From: Octopus bimaculoides
Lineage: Eukaryota
Length of the DNA stretch: 64,000 nt
NCBI RefSeq assembly: GCF_001194135.2
Contig: NC_068995.1
Location: 22,273,741-22,337,740 of the forward strand
Direction: 5' to 3'
Within the stretch, counting starts at the first letter, position 1; the number at the start of each line of letters is the position of its first letter. The notes below the pieces were generated by a model, which saw only the letters and a program-made list of their open reading frames with translations, made no database searches and was not told the DNA's origin. Below, piece after piece: positions 36,850-49,174 of the stretch. Both the position numbers and the translations under genes were made by a program.

Positions 36850-39800
36850 CAAACCAGTGTATAAATGATGCCTGTCATCAAAATCGTTGCAGTAATTGAA
36901 AGTAGCTAGTATTACAGTGTCTACTGGCCCTTCTTTGAGTATGTCTGAGGAATATTTAGCAGCTACTTCTATTAGATCGAGTGGCATGCATAGGTTTTCT
37001 CTTCCCATTACACCTAACTTAATTTTCTCTTTTCCCACCCTCATATTTATCAGTAAGGCACTTTACCATCTATTTTCGCAACTTTTACTTGTCTTCTGAC
37101 TTCATTTCCAATTTCAATAACTGCCTAGAAGTATTACCAATTCCAGTAGTAAGTACCCTCGCTGTCTCCGTTTTTAATCTTTAATTCTGACGCTGGATCT
37201 GCTTATTCTTAGAACAATTCTTTGTTTCAGGATGTTCTTAATACGCCTTTGTACTATGGTGAAGGCTTCTACCAGAAATATTAACGGTGTTATCTCTTCC
37301 AGTTTACTAATGAACCAATCTGTTTCTCCTTTACTTTGATATTTCTGCCCGAATAAGACAAACGAATAACTTATCATATCACAGCGAAAGCAACTGTGAC
37401 CTACATGATAATGCGATAAACGGGAGACTAAATTATCACAGTGAATTCGACTGAATCCTGTATTGATAATATTTCCCTAATCCCACCCCTGCACCACGTT
37501 TCCTGAACATTATTAATTTTGGTTACAGTAGCACCGATAATGGTTCCTTTTGATCTTTGTATAATCGAACGAATGAGCATTGTCTACTGACCAGAAGTTA
37601 AGCAATGGAGAGGTGGTATGACTGCTAAAGGTTACTGAACATATATGACGGATATATATGCTAATACGCAACCATGGTAATTTAATGATTCTATCTGTGA
37701 TCCATAAAGATAAAACAAATCAATATATTCTTACGTTATTAATGCAATATATATTCAATTTACAGACCCTTTCATTCTTAATCATGTTTTATGAAAAGAA
37801 TTTCACTGTGATAGCTGAATTATTCAATAAATTTTGTCTTGGGGATTTGTAATATAAATTTAATTCTTATCGCGGATAATAGCGAAATCCAATAACTGAT
37901 ACATGCTATACACAACAGATTTGAATAGAACTGGCAATGACGAAAAGTTACGATATATATTCTTTTAACATCGCTCGTGATGTTGCACAGCGTATATACT
38001 CCAAGCAGAATTGATATATTCTAAATGAGCGCACAATAATGCAATTGACCGAAATTGTTTTGTTGATGCTCATTAAAGGTTAGACACATTAAATTATCCC
38101 AGAACGCATCTGTATTATCTGTTTAGTTGATGTTCCCCTTTGGTCCAAAGGTTTGATGTTTCAAATACTATAGAATTAATCTTTTCATATACGAATATTA
38201 ATATATCATTGTTGCTGTGAATCTTCAATTTTTGAGCATAAGTTATTTTCTATTAGTTAATTGTTATATTAATACTTTTCGTGGTTTATGTTTGCTGCAG
38301 TTTACATTTTTTAAACTTCTTTTGTGTAGACCATAAAGTAATCTTCAAGATTGCAATCTATTGTCATATTCCACACACAGAACATCAGATAATAAAATCG
38401 CATAAAAAAAAATGGCGGATTAATCAAAATATAATTTTAAAACTTCAAACATTTTTATTTTCTACAAAAACAGCAAACTTGGAATTACATTGTTAGCAAG
38501 TCGCCATCATAGCCACTATTTAGAATTACGATCCAAACAATACTTCCATACTTGCATATACGCACACACGTGTACAGACATATATTTACGGAAACACACA
38601 TGCACGTACGCACACATGCACACACACATATAAGTATGTATATATAACTAAATATGTATGTCTATATATATGTATGTGCTTGTGTATGTGTGTGTATATG
38701 CATACATGTGTGTATGTATGATTCTATAATGTATATGTGTGTTTATGAACATATTTATGTCTGTATTCTCGTATTGTATATGCACTTGATTAATGAGAAA
38801 ATGCGCGCACATACGCGGCACAAACAACAAACCACCGATATAATGCCCGTCTTTGGAGCAAACAGCCACGTTTGTATATTTCGAATCGATAGAGAAACAT
38901 GCGCCTACATACATAACATACATGTAAGAACAAAATATCAAGAATATCAAACAAATCAATGTTTTTGTTTCCTCCACTATGAAATTTCTGATTGCCTAAT
39001 CATTTTGCCTTGTGGATAATTAATTGCAAAGGTATATGGTATTAATTTTTTTGTTTTTTGTTTTTTGTCTGAAACGGCTGTTCGTTTGTTATCCATATCT
39101 AATTTTGTTTTCTTTCACACTCTGTTGGTTATTTTGGAGCGACACCGTTTGATCTCTTGATAACCATTTCATCAATATATTGTTCAATCATTTGGTTTGA
39201 TCGATATAATAGCCAGCTTTTGTTAGATTGCCTATTGTATTTTTATTGTTTTACCCAAAGGCATTCATAATGACTGGGTCTAATCAGATCTTCGATGCTT
39301 TTCTTTCATGTATAAATCAAACAACAACAGTTATGTAAACAATTAGCATGTTTCGCATGGTCTGCATCTTTCTCCACCTCTTGTGTTATAGTCTAATTAT
39401 GTAAATATAAATATATTGATTATTTCACTACACAAAATAAAGGTCGTTTTCGTCCGTTTTTTGTTTTAATTTCATTTTTCGTATACTTCAGAAGCTTGAA
39501 TATTATAAAGCAAATATGGTATAAAATTTTCCAATGGCGTAGCAAAACTTATTGATCTAATCATGGTGGCTGAACAAGGAAACAGTCGCCGTTCAATACT
39601 AGTTTCTATGAGCTGAAATTAGAAAATGTAAATACATTATAATTACTCTGATAGCCATTAGCAGTCACAATTTCACTAATTTCGCATATATAAAAAATGC
39701 AGTTGTTTATCATATATGTTATAGAAGCATATAACAATATCATCTTCTCTTCTCTGCTGTGGTATTTGATTGAAGACAGGGCACATGTTAATGTCCACTA

Positions 39801-40503
39801 ATAGAGTTTAAAGAATATTCAAGTTTCATAAATGTTTTGCATTACAATGTAATCATGAATAGCATACTGCTTTGAAATAAAACTGAGCAGATCGATACCA
39901 CACAACCACAGAGCATACCATACTCGTATCATGATGAACTAAACATGAGCAGTTATATATATATATATATTTGTATATTCATCTAAGACCGTCCTTACAA
40001 AATATGTGTAGGCATTTCTATAAGTTTATATTAAAAAAATACATAATGGAGTTATTGTAGAATAAGTCAAGGGTATCTACAAGCGAACGATATTTTTAAA
40101 TAGATAATGAAATAGAAACGATGATATTCAGTGATACTGAGGGACGGAATCAACTTGATCAGTCAAACTGATCGTATAGCTAATACCACTACGCAAATTT
40201 ACCCACATGTGCATATGAGCGTGTGTAAAAGTGATATGAAAAACGTGCGTTTTTATGCATAAAACACATACACACACACACGCACACACACGCGCGCGCT
40301 CGCATATACGTAAACATACTCATGCGCTTACACACAAGCATAAAGACACTAACATACTAACAAACGCATTTCATATAAAAGATTTACATGTATATGTGTA
40401 TATGTATATATGCATACATACACATACAGACTTACACACACACATGCATACATATATATACGCAGATATGTGTGTGCTTGTGTGCGTGTGTGTGTGTGTG
40501 TAC

Positions 40504-40561
<58 letters not shown>

Positions 40562-41865
40562 CATATGCGTGTGTGTGTTTGTGTGTGTGTATGTGTGTGT
40601 GCGTGTGTGCGCGTGCGTGTGTGAACAAGATGGAAGGGAATTGCGATGCATGTATACTTCAAGGGTTGAATGTATCGTGCTTTTGTTTAATTTTCCATTT
40701 GTTATGTTTTACGTCCAGCCCAAATACAAGTCACTTTCTACAAATCGAAATCACTCCGTTACTCAGATTCATAAACGAGAAATTATTAATTTAGTCTATG
40801 AAATCTGTCTTTAAAAGATGCGTTACAAATGTCTGAAAGGACAAGGTTTCCACACTAATTGTACGTCAGTATCAGTTCTCATTTCTTGTGGTAGTTTATC
40901 TGTTAAATTACGGAATATTTGAAGCATAGAATGCTATGATTTATTCTGTGATATCTAAAATTCAGTTCATTTTTTTCAGACATATTAATACATATTTATT
41001 TCAAATAGAAAAGGAAGCTTTGATTGAGATGGATGGTAAATTCTGAAAGCAGTATGAATATTTAATTTATAGTCTCTACATTCTGAGCTTATTTTGTATT
41101 TATATTTATGCATTTAAAATAGAAAATATTGCTAAAAAGTATTTGAACTAAGTACTAAACGAAAGAATCTATATCTAATAAAGCCATCTACCATCCATAT
41201 TATATTAGTAGTTTAAATTTATAAGATTGTCAAGCAGTTATTGAGCATATAGTATACGTAATAATATGATAATATTTAAATTCAAGCCAACCTGTTTTGA
41301 AAAGGATTTTGAAAACAGAATATACAATATTTCAGTGTGAATGAACTGGTATCTGCTTTTAATGTTTTGAATATATTTCATATAAACACTGTTCCTAATG
41401 AAAGGAAGCGAGTATTGTATTAAATACTCCATTGATAAAGCAATAAGTATCATGTGAATAGTGGTGTGGACATTCAATATAATTTCTATAATGCGATGAA
41501 TAGAGAATGAACATAACTGTATGTCTCGCTCCCTCTCTTTTCCTCAATTATTGAAGAATTCAGGAAATGATTCTGGTGCTTTCAATAATCAAGCAGGTCT
41601 AATGTAACACCTTGTAATGTAAAACTCTACACCGAGTCATATGAGGTGCACTTAAAAGTTTGCCAATGTAAGATGTGTTTAATGTATTAGGTAACATACC
41701 CACTATTAAATTAATGAAATATTCGATAAAAAAAAAATTGTGATGTCTTCAACAAATATACATTGTCAGATTTAACATTGATTTCTTCCCGCCAGACAAC
41801 TAGATATTTCATTTTACGGACAATAGACTTGGTGACTGGAGAGAATTCATTTAAAAATAATTTCT

Positions 41866-42075
41866 AATTTAGGCATTCGGCCAACTATTTTAACGGGAAT
41901 GGCTACTTATTTAGATTGGACCCAGTACTTGACTAGTACTGTATTTTATCGTCATCGGACAGATGAAAATTAAAGTTGACCCCGGTCACTTTGAACTTAC
42001 GACATGTAGGGGGAGAAGAACTACCGCAAGATATTTTTCCTGATGTTTTAACAATTTTTTCCAATCCACCACCCA
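41866..42075 (-). mobile_element. SINE family B, old diverged copy
   Basis: The minus strand has a GTAAGTTCAAAGT...GGGGTCAACTTT...CCGATGACGATAAAATA...GTACCAG-like body. Confidence 0.6.
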
Positions 42076-42289
42076 TTAATATTTATATCGAACGAAGGCA
42101 AAATGCACCAATTTGTCAAGGGTAGTTAGTGGTATATCATTTTTTTTCCACCTCTTCATTAATCGATTGAAGACAAATTTAATTTCGGAAACATTTCAAT
42201 TTAGAACTGATTTCACAATGAACCGATATTTTGCACATGTAAGTTCAGGACAGCAGTATCCAGAATCAGCATTTGGTTCAATTTTAAAT

Positions 42290-42333
42290 TTGACTATCAG
42301 AACATTGACTATCAGAACATTGACCATCAGAAC
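42290..42333. repeat. 15-bp tandem repeat x3 (TTGACTATCAGAACA)
   Basis: Read directly. Confidence 0.9.
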
Positions 42334-42448
42334 TGGTTACAAATTATACAACATGGAGACGAGCATATGTTATGACATTTTATATTAACGTCAAAATAAA
42401 CTATAAGATTCAATGTGTATGTATGTATGTATGTATGTGTGTATGTGC

Positions 42449-42523
<75 letters not shown>

Positions 42524-42599
42524 TGTATACATACATTTATATATATTTATTCTTTTGTGTTTGTGATGTGTGTGGCGTGTGTGTATATGTGTGTGTTTA

Positions 42600-43300
42600 T
42601 CTAAGCGATTGTCGGACTGCGATACATTGAAGTTTATCATGGCTTTATTTAGTCTGTTTTGAGTTATAATTTTCCATGGGTATGTGGGTTTGAGTGTAGT
42701 GGTAATTAGGCTGTAAGGTAGGTTTTAACAGGGAGGTGTTTGGGGAAATATTTATTGATTACGTTTAGGGATATGTTACTGTTTAGAATATATTCATGTA
42801 TTTAGAACTTTGTAGGGTGTGTATTGTCTCCTTCAGGTCATAGGATTACTTTTAGTGGTCCACAAAACGGACGAAGGTAGGTGTAAGAGTGCCATTAGCT
42901 TTAGTTATTTTTGAATTTAATGGATTCAATTCTTCGCTTTGGCAATGTAGAGATCAAATCTTCAAAGCTTAGTCCAGTATTTAAAACTTAGTAATTGAAC
43001 GTTTCAAAATTTTGTAATGGAATGTTCTAGGGTTACATAATTGAATGGAAATAAGTGGTATGTTTTGGCTGGTAAGTTTCTTTACTTATTTTTGTTATTT
43101 AGGGGTTTTCCTGTTTGTATTTGGAAGGTGGGATTTTTTAGTCTGGTATATCATAGTGTCGTTAGTATAAACAATTGTTTATCTTGTGCTTTGATGTTTA
43201 CAATAGAATGTGGGTAGATGTAAAGTTTATACGTCTGTATGATTCTCTCTGGGGATTCATTCAATAAGCAATTTGATTACTATATAGCATTTTGAATCTT
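42600..43300 (-). mobile_element. Possible heavily decayed PLE endonuclease region
   Basis: Strong strand asymmetry (A/C-rich minus strand) and scattered MIYQ, KTY and WKI-like fragments in Neptune-like order. No intact motif. Confidence 0.3.
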
Positions 43301-43589
43301 TGAGATTTTTGGAAGCACAGCTGTGGGCTGTCTTTATAAATGCACACACTAACTTACAAAATTCTAAATATTAGCTCCACAACTCATACTGTTGTATCCT
43401 TGCTTTACTTCTGCCTGGATCATGAACCTTCTTTTGCTTGTGTCCGCATTCCACCAAGATTAGCAATTAGAAGAACTGCGACTCTGATACCCTATGCCTA
43501 GCCTAGGCAGTATATTTCATTGTTCCTCAACCACTCCTCTTCCTGATTCTCAGCACTGGTTATATTGTTCCTGTCAATGAGTGAGTTAT

Positions 43590-43990
43590 CAGACAACTCT
43601 TTAAAACATATGATTGTATGTTGATGTTATAGCCTCTTCATATGCACACTGTTTGTTCCAATCATCATACTAGCGCATGTTCGTGTGAAGTTAGCATAGT
43701 TTTCACCTCTACTGGCCTCACTACAACAAATACGACCAATGCTTTCTTTGGTCGTGGCAGTTGCAGGACGTCCAAACCTTGGGTCACCTTCAAAACTCTC
43801 CCTTCCACTCCTAAATTTAACTTCAAAATTCCGTCCTGCTGATAAAACCTGGGCATCATCTGCTAGTACAGCAAACATGTTGGCATGAATGTAGTTGTGG
43901 GCTTAACATTTTTTCTGCAGATACTTGATAAGTCGATGATGCCAAATTTTGTCCACTTTCAAAAGTAGTCGCTACCATTTAGGTTTGATA
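43590..43990 (-). mobile_element. Mariner transposase N-terminal fragment
   Basis: KFRSGRESFEGDPRFGRPATATT matches the mariner HTH-linker motif FxxGRESLEDDPRSGRP. Confidence 0.8.
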
Positions 43991-44640
43991 TCTCCTTTTG
44001 ACAGTCAAATATCAGTTTACCTGAAAAAACAATACAGTTATTAATAGGAGTAGTTGAGATTAATGCTTACAAGATTTCACAGCTCTAGCATCACTCTTTC
44101 ATAGACAACCTATGAACGTTTCAGCCCAACCTGGTATCATATAAGCTGGAGTTGATTGTGATATAGCTGTCCAAGATGGCATATATCTGCACTTTACTGA
44201 CCATACTTCTAAATAAAGTGTTTTTCTCAATGTTTTGGGCCAAATCTTAAATTTGCCTATTAGAAACGGGAAATTATCAACGACAATCGTTTCTCGTTTG
44301 TGTATTCCCTATATCAGGTCTACCACACCTGAAAAAACTTGAAACACTTTTATTCTATCAGTTGCATTAAACAATCTAATAAAATCTCGGCAAAAATATT
44401 AAGCACGTACATCTGTATCTTGTAAAGTTGATCGCTAAAAGCAGAATTTGCCTCTCGAAGTAGCACGTCTCGTTGCAACTTTAATTGAGATATTATCATC
44501 AGTTTTTCTATCTAGAGCTGCACCTCATCACTGTTGTAGAAAGTGAATTCTACTAGCATGTACTCATCTCTGTGTCATGAAAGGTAAGTGATTGCATTCG
44601 AAGTGGCTTGTGATTATTGCCTTGGTATGGGAAGACATAT

Positions 44641-45310
44641 AGTATAGGGCAGTAAATTGTTGGGGTGTTTTTGTTTTGTGGAGATGCTACCTCAAGATTT
44701 ACACCTTTTACCCCAAGAGAGAAGTTTTTCTCCACGGTAACTGCAGTAAGTCTGCTTTTAGAAGTTGAAATTTGTCACAAATATATTTTAACTGACTTAA
44801 AGTTCATGCTTGGTGCTGATATTGCAAAACCTTTTCAGACCTGATAGTCTAAGAACCCAATTCAATTAATGTTGTTGATTGTGCTTTAGTTAAACCTATG
44901 GCTTTAAAATCTGTCCAGAGTTACTTCGCTTCGGTATTTCGCATTTATAACAGCCGAAGTGGTAGAAATGCTTTTAGGAATCCAATAGGGAGAAGCACTA
45001 GACAGATATTGAGCTTTTACACCTTTTACCATAAGAGAAAATTATTTCTCGAAGGTAACAACATTGAATTCTCTTTAATATGTCACAAACATATTTTAAC
45101 TAACCTAAAGCTCATTTATTCCTTAACACTGCCTGGCGCTAATACTGCTGTATTTCTTTCGGCTTGGCAACATCATAATGCAACTCAGGGAATGTGTTGC
45201 CTGTGTTTTAGTTAAAGCTATGGCTTTAAAATCTGCCTTCCTTCTTTTTCTCATTTACAGTAGCTAAAGAGTTAGGAACGCGTCTGAGAATCCGATAGGG
45301 ACAGGACAAT
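44641..45310. repeat. Diverged ~320-bp tandem duplication (about 2.1 units)
   Basis: TTTACACCTTTTACC at 44698 and 45016; CTATGGCTTTAAAATCTG at 44896 and 45218; ATAGGG-containing motifs near 44644, 44986 and 45295. Confidence 0.75.
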
Positions 45311-47835
45311 ACATTTTCAAGTAGCTTTATATGATATTCAATATCCTAAATTAGATATGAATTAAAATCTAGGTTACTGATCAGTGGAGCTGTACAGAAG
45401 GGATCTTAATTCTGAGGAAGAGAGAACTGATCAACTTCGATGACTTTAGAAACATCTAACTGATATTGTTAAGTGGAAATATTCTTGCTATGCACTTACA
45501 AATTCTCTGCTAAACATGTCCTACATTGTCAGCTGTTACAAAAGGAGAAACTGGGGAGATAATGGGATGTCTGAAGCACGAAGTGAAAACTTTTATAAAC
45601 ATGGGAGCCAGTGTAATAACAATCAGTCAAAGTAATGTGGCGCTATTACCAGATTTTTCTAAATTGGCATAAATTGATAGGGACGATTACATGTTCATTT
45701 GTGGTGGTTATTCGTTCAACTGAAATGTTATTGCCTAGGTTCACATGTGTCCTTAAACTGTATATGAATGTGTACGTGAGCGTTTTTCAACGATATGATT
45801 TATCTGGAATTATTTATGCTAGTACGACAAACAAGTGTCGATACAATAAAAATCAAACCGAAATAAACACTGAAGCTAATATGATAAATTCTCTAAAATT
45901 TAAAGGTAGTTATTTCATATGCAATGTATGAAATCGGTTAATTTTTGCCACATGAGTGAAACCAATTTATATTAATCTTTTGGTACCAACAGAACGTAGA
46001 TATGAAGCATTTGACTAATATATACTGATAGAGTGTGAATTGTTTTTAATTTCTACGCATTATTTATATAGAAGTATCATTTAGCGTCCCTTTTCTGATT
46101 TTATTTGGCTTCGGGAAGTAAGTTAGTTTCTCTACTATATCTTTCCCCGGTGGTATTTAGCTATTCGTTGACCTGTGCATTATCATAGCGAAGATGAAAG
46201 AGGAATATCTTACAAAAGTTAGTGTAGCAGAACACTAGACATTCCCAAGATGACGTATTAGTGGGATTTTTCTTAATATAACTACGTTCCTGTCACTAAA
46301 TAATTAATGAGAGGTTATTCTATATGTAAACATGAATATTATCCGTAATATATTCTCAAATTAAAATCCCACGGGAGATTTCATACACTGATCGATGTAT
46401 TAAGCAACTCTATTTTGCCGATATGTGATGTATATGTGTCATAGATCTGCTGAAATACTAATGATTTCATTAACAACCATAAATTTCATGATATATGCCG
46501 GAAGAGATAATATATTATGGGATGTTTATTCAAGGCACTGTAACGTTATCTGCTTTATGTCGAATAACTGCATCCAATCCCAGAATGTATTTTCTTTAAA
46601 TTACTATCGAAAATAAGAAATCATGTATAAAAGATAGAAACCCGATGCTTAGGAACTACATTTTGAGATGTTTCATAGTCATTTCTGCCAAAATGTATGC
46701 TATATACTTATATACCAAACATGTACGGAGATCATTATCTTCGCTTTAAATTAGCGTATATGTCTATAATATATAAATATTGCATAGTAGAATGAATATG
46801 AGAGTAAAGATGTATGTAGTGTGTGTGTAGCATGTGTTGGAGGTGTACAGGTTTGTGTATTGTTGTGCCACCAGCAACTAAACCGGCCACCCTACAAAGC
46901 ATACTCGGTAGGATGGGATATTGTCGTTGAACACCATGCAAGACGAAAACATTACATGTGAAGGGACGGATGGGATCACAACAGCACTGTCTCACATTCA
47001 CAGCGAAGTTGTCTAGAAATAACCAAGGACAAATATGGAAGCACACATCCATACATAACAGACACATGTATATAATCACGCACGTCGTACTCATAGATAT
47101 ACTCAAACATGCAAACACAAGGAGACAGAGGTACACACACAAATGCGCGCACACAAACACACGCGCAGACACACACATACACACACACATACAACCATAC
47201 AAAGAGGAACACACAAGCGCATGAATATGCAAAATACATACATACAAACGTACACACATACATACATATATATGCATACACACATGCATGCATACACACA
47301 TATATACACATACATACATACACACACACACGAATGTGCATACACATGCACACTGACGCACACACATGCGCCCAAACACATTAAAAAACACAGCTCTGAT
47401 GAGAGACAGAGGCAACGAGTATTGAAGAGTTTGCAAGAAGCAACATAAATTATAGAAAAATAAATGAGTAAATAAGTGGAAATCAAACCGGTGAGTGTGT
47501 TAATTAATAAGTCACTAAAACGTAGACTTTTTGGAGGGTGACCAGTTCGAAAAGTCTCAAGTGCAACTGCCCGAAACTGTAAGGACATCTGGTAACTTGA
47601 CTGACGAAAGAAGGCCATGAATGACCCGTCCTTATTTTTTCCTGTCCCTCTAACTGTTGTTTTCCCTGTCCCTCTTAGTATAGTCTATCTTTCCGGATGT
47701 TGAACGTCTTCTATTGCGTTTTTGTTCCATTTGATATATATATATATATACATAAGAGGACGATAATCGTTAAGGCAAGGCACACGGCAAACATCTCAAG
47801 TCGTATGCAATATCATTATTGGAAAATAATTCTAA

Positions 47836-47891
47836 AGCTTACAGCTGTTTCTGGGATATCCCTGAGTATAGGATATCCCGTCATCAGAACC
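47836..47891 (-). ncRNA. Minimal type I hammerhead ribozyme motif
   Basis: Minus strand GGTT-CTGATGA-C-GGGATATCC-TATACTCAG-GGATATCCC-A-GAAA-CAGCTG-TA-AGCT: intact core, 9-bp helix II with a C.A mismatch at its base, palindromic ACAGCTGT helix III, a GUA site and 4-bp helix I (two wobbles). Confidence 0.75.
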
Positions 47892-49125
47892 AAATAGGAA
47901 GAAATAGGGAAAATGAGTATGGTATATAGAGGAAAGGAGTAACAGAATGAGAGGGAAAGAAAGAAGAATATATATATACATACAAGTACACATATATATG
48001 TATATATGCGTGTATACATACACACACTTATAAAAGGAGACAGGAATGAGGCAAGAGAAATAACCCAGGAAAGCTAGTTGCACGCACATACAAATACTGC
48101 TAGCAAATCGGACTCCAACATGTGATAAAAAGTACATGATAATTTTTTTATTATTTTGATCTTATAATTTAATTATTTTGAATAACGAAAAATAAATTAT
48201 TCCATATTGCGTCAATTTAAAAAAAAAATTCCTCCAATATTATGAAACTTTACTCTTTACATTCCTAAAATATTGTAATTTTTTTAGGAATAAGACAGTA
48301 ATTTTCTTTTATATTCTGTAGAATGTTTTAATCAACGGTCGAAAATATTCACAAGAATTGACATTACAAAGAAAGACGTCAAATCCGGAAGATACAGTGT
48401 ATATGCACCACCTGCCTCTCTAGAACAATGCTTAGTTCACGGTGATGTGATTTATTGTCGCATGTTTAAAGTGTATTCAGCTGTCACAGGAGACACATCT
48501 TTCTTTCATTTAATGCCTACTATAGCTGCCAATAGTAATTCAGTCTTACTGTCACCATAACCGACTTAGTAGGGTTGATCTTCAACTTCAACATCTCGAT
48601 ATTAAAAAGATAATATAATAGAAACTTGCACTGTCTCCCACTTATAGACAATATTACCCTCCTAGATGTAATAATATTACCGAATTTATATTACGCTGAG
48701 TGCTGCAAATAGTTTCATGTAGTAGTAGATGTTAGAAAGGAACGAAGGAAGCAAACGAAAATATTTGTGTATTCTATTGATTTAGAACAATAAAACATAA
48801 CTAAGCGTTCTTAATTCTAAACAATGTTTATTATGAATGTTTCTTTTGGTTATATAAATACAATTTTGAAACGTTACTGATTATCTCTCTTTTTGAGATC
48901 GTCATTATTCTCTTGTAAATTTTCATCAATTACCTAGAAGTGGCGCCAGCATTCTTATGTTTATAGTTATTGTCTAATCTTCGTAGTTCTTGTATTCTTG
49001 AATATTTTTTCTCCTTCTTAAGTAGAGATATATTCTGATGCTGAATAATGTTTCTTAAAAAGCGTATACACAACATGAACACAGACACAGACACACACCT
49101 ATCTCTATGTATATATGTACGTATA

Positions 49126-49174
<49 letters not shown>

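Noticed and set aside
36900-37200. Possible retropepsin-like remnant on the minus strand (MRVGKEKIKLGVMGRENLCMPLDL)
   Set aside because: No D-[ST]-G motif and multiple stops; resemblance too weak without a profile search.
40255-40814. His/Thr-, Tyr/Ile- and Cys/Val-rich ORFs (also at 25.1, 38.6, 42.3, 46.7-47.6 and 55.9 kb)
   Set aside because: Translations of (CA)n, (TA)n and (TG)n repeats, which lack stop codons.
44000-44540. Moderately GC-rich stretch with TTTTTTCAG acceptor-like sites on the minus strand
   Set aside because: All frames have stops and no recognisable protein; cannot support an exon.
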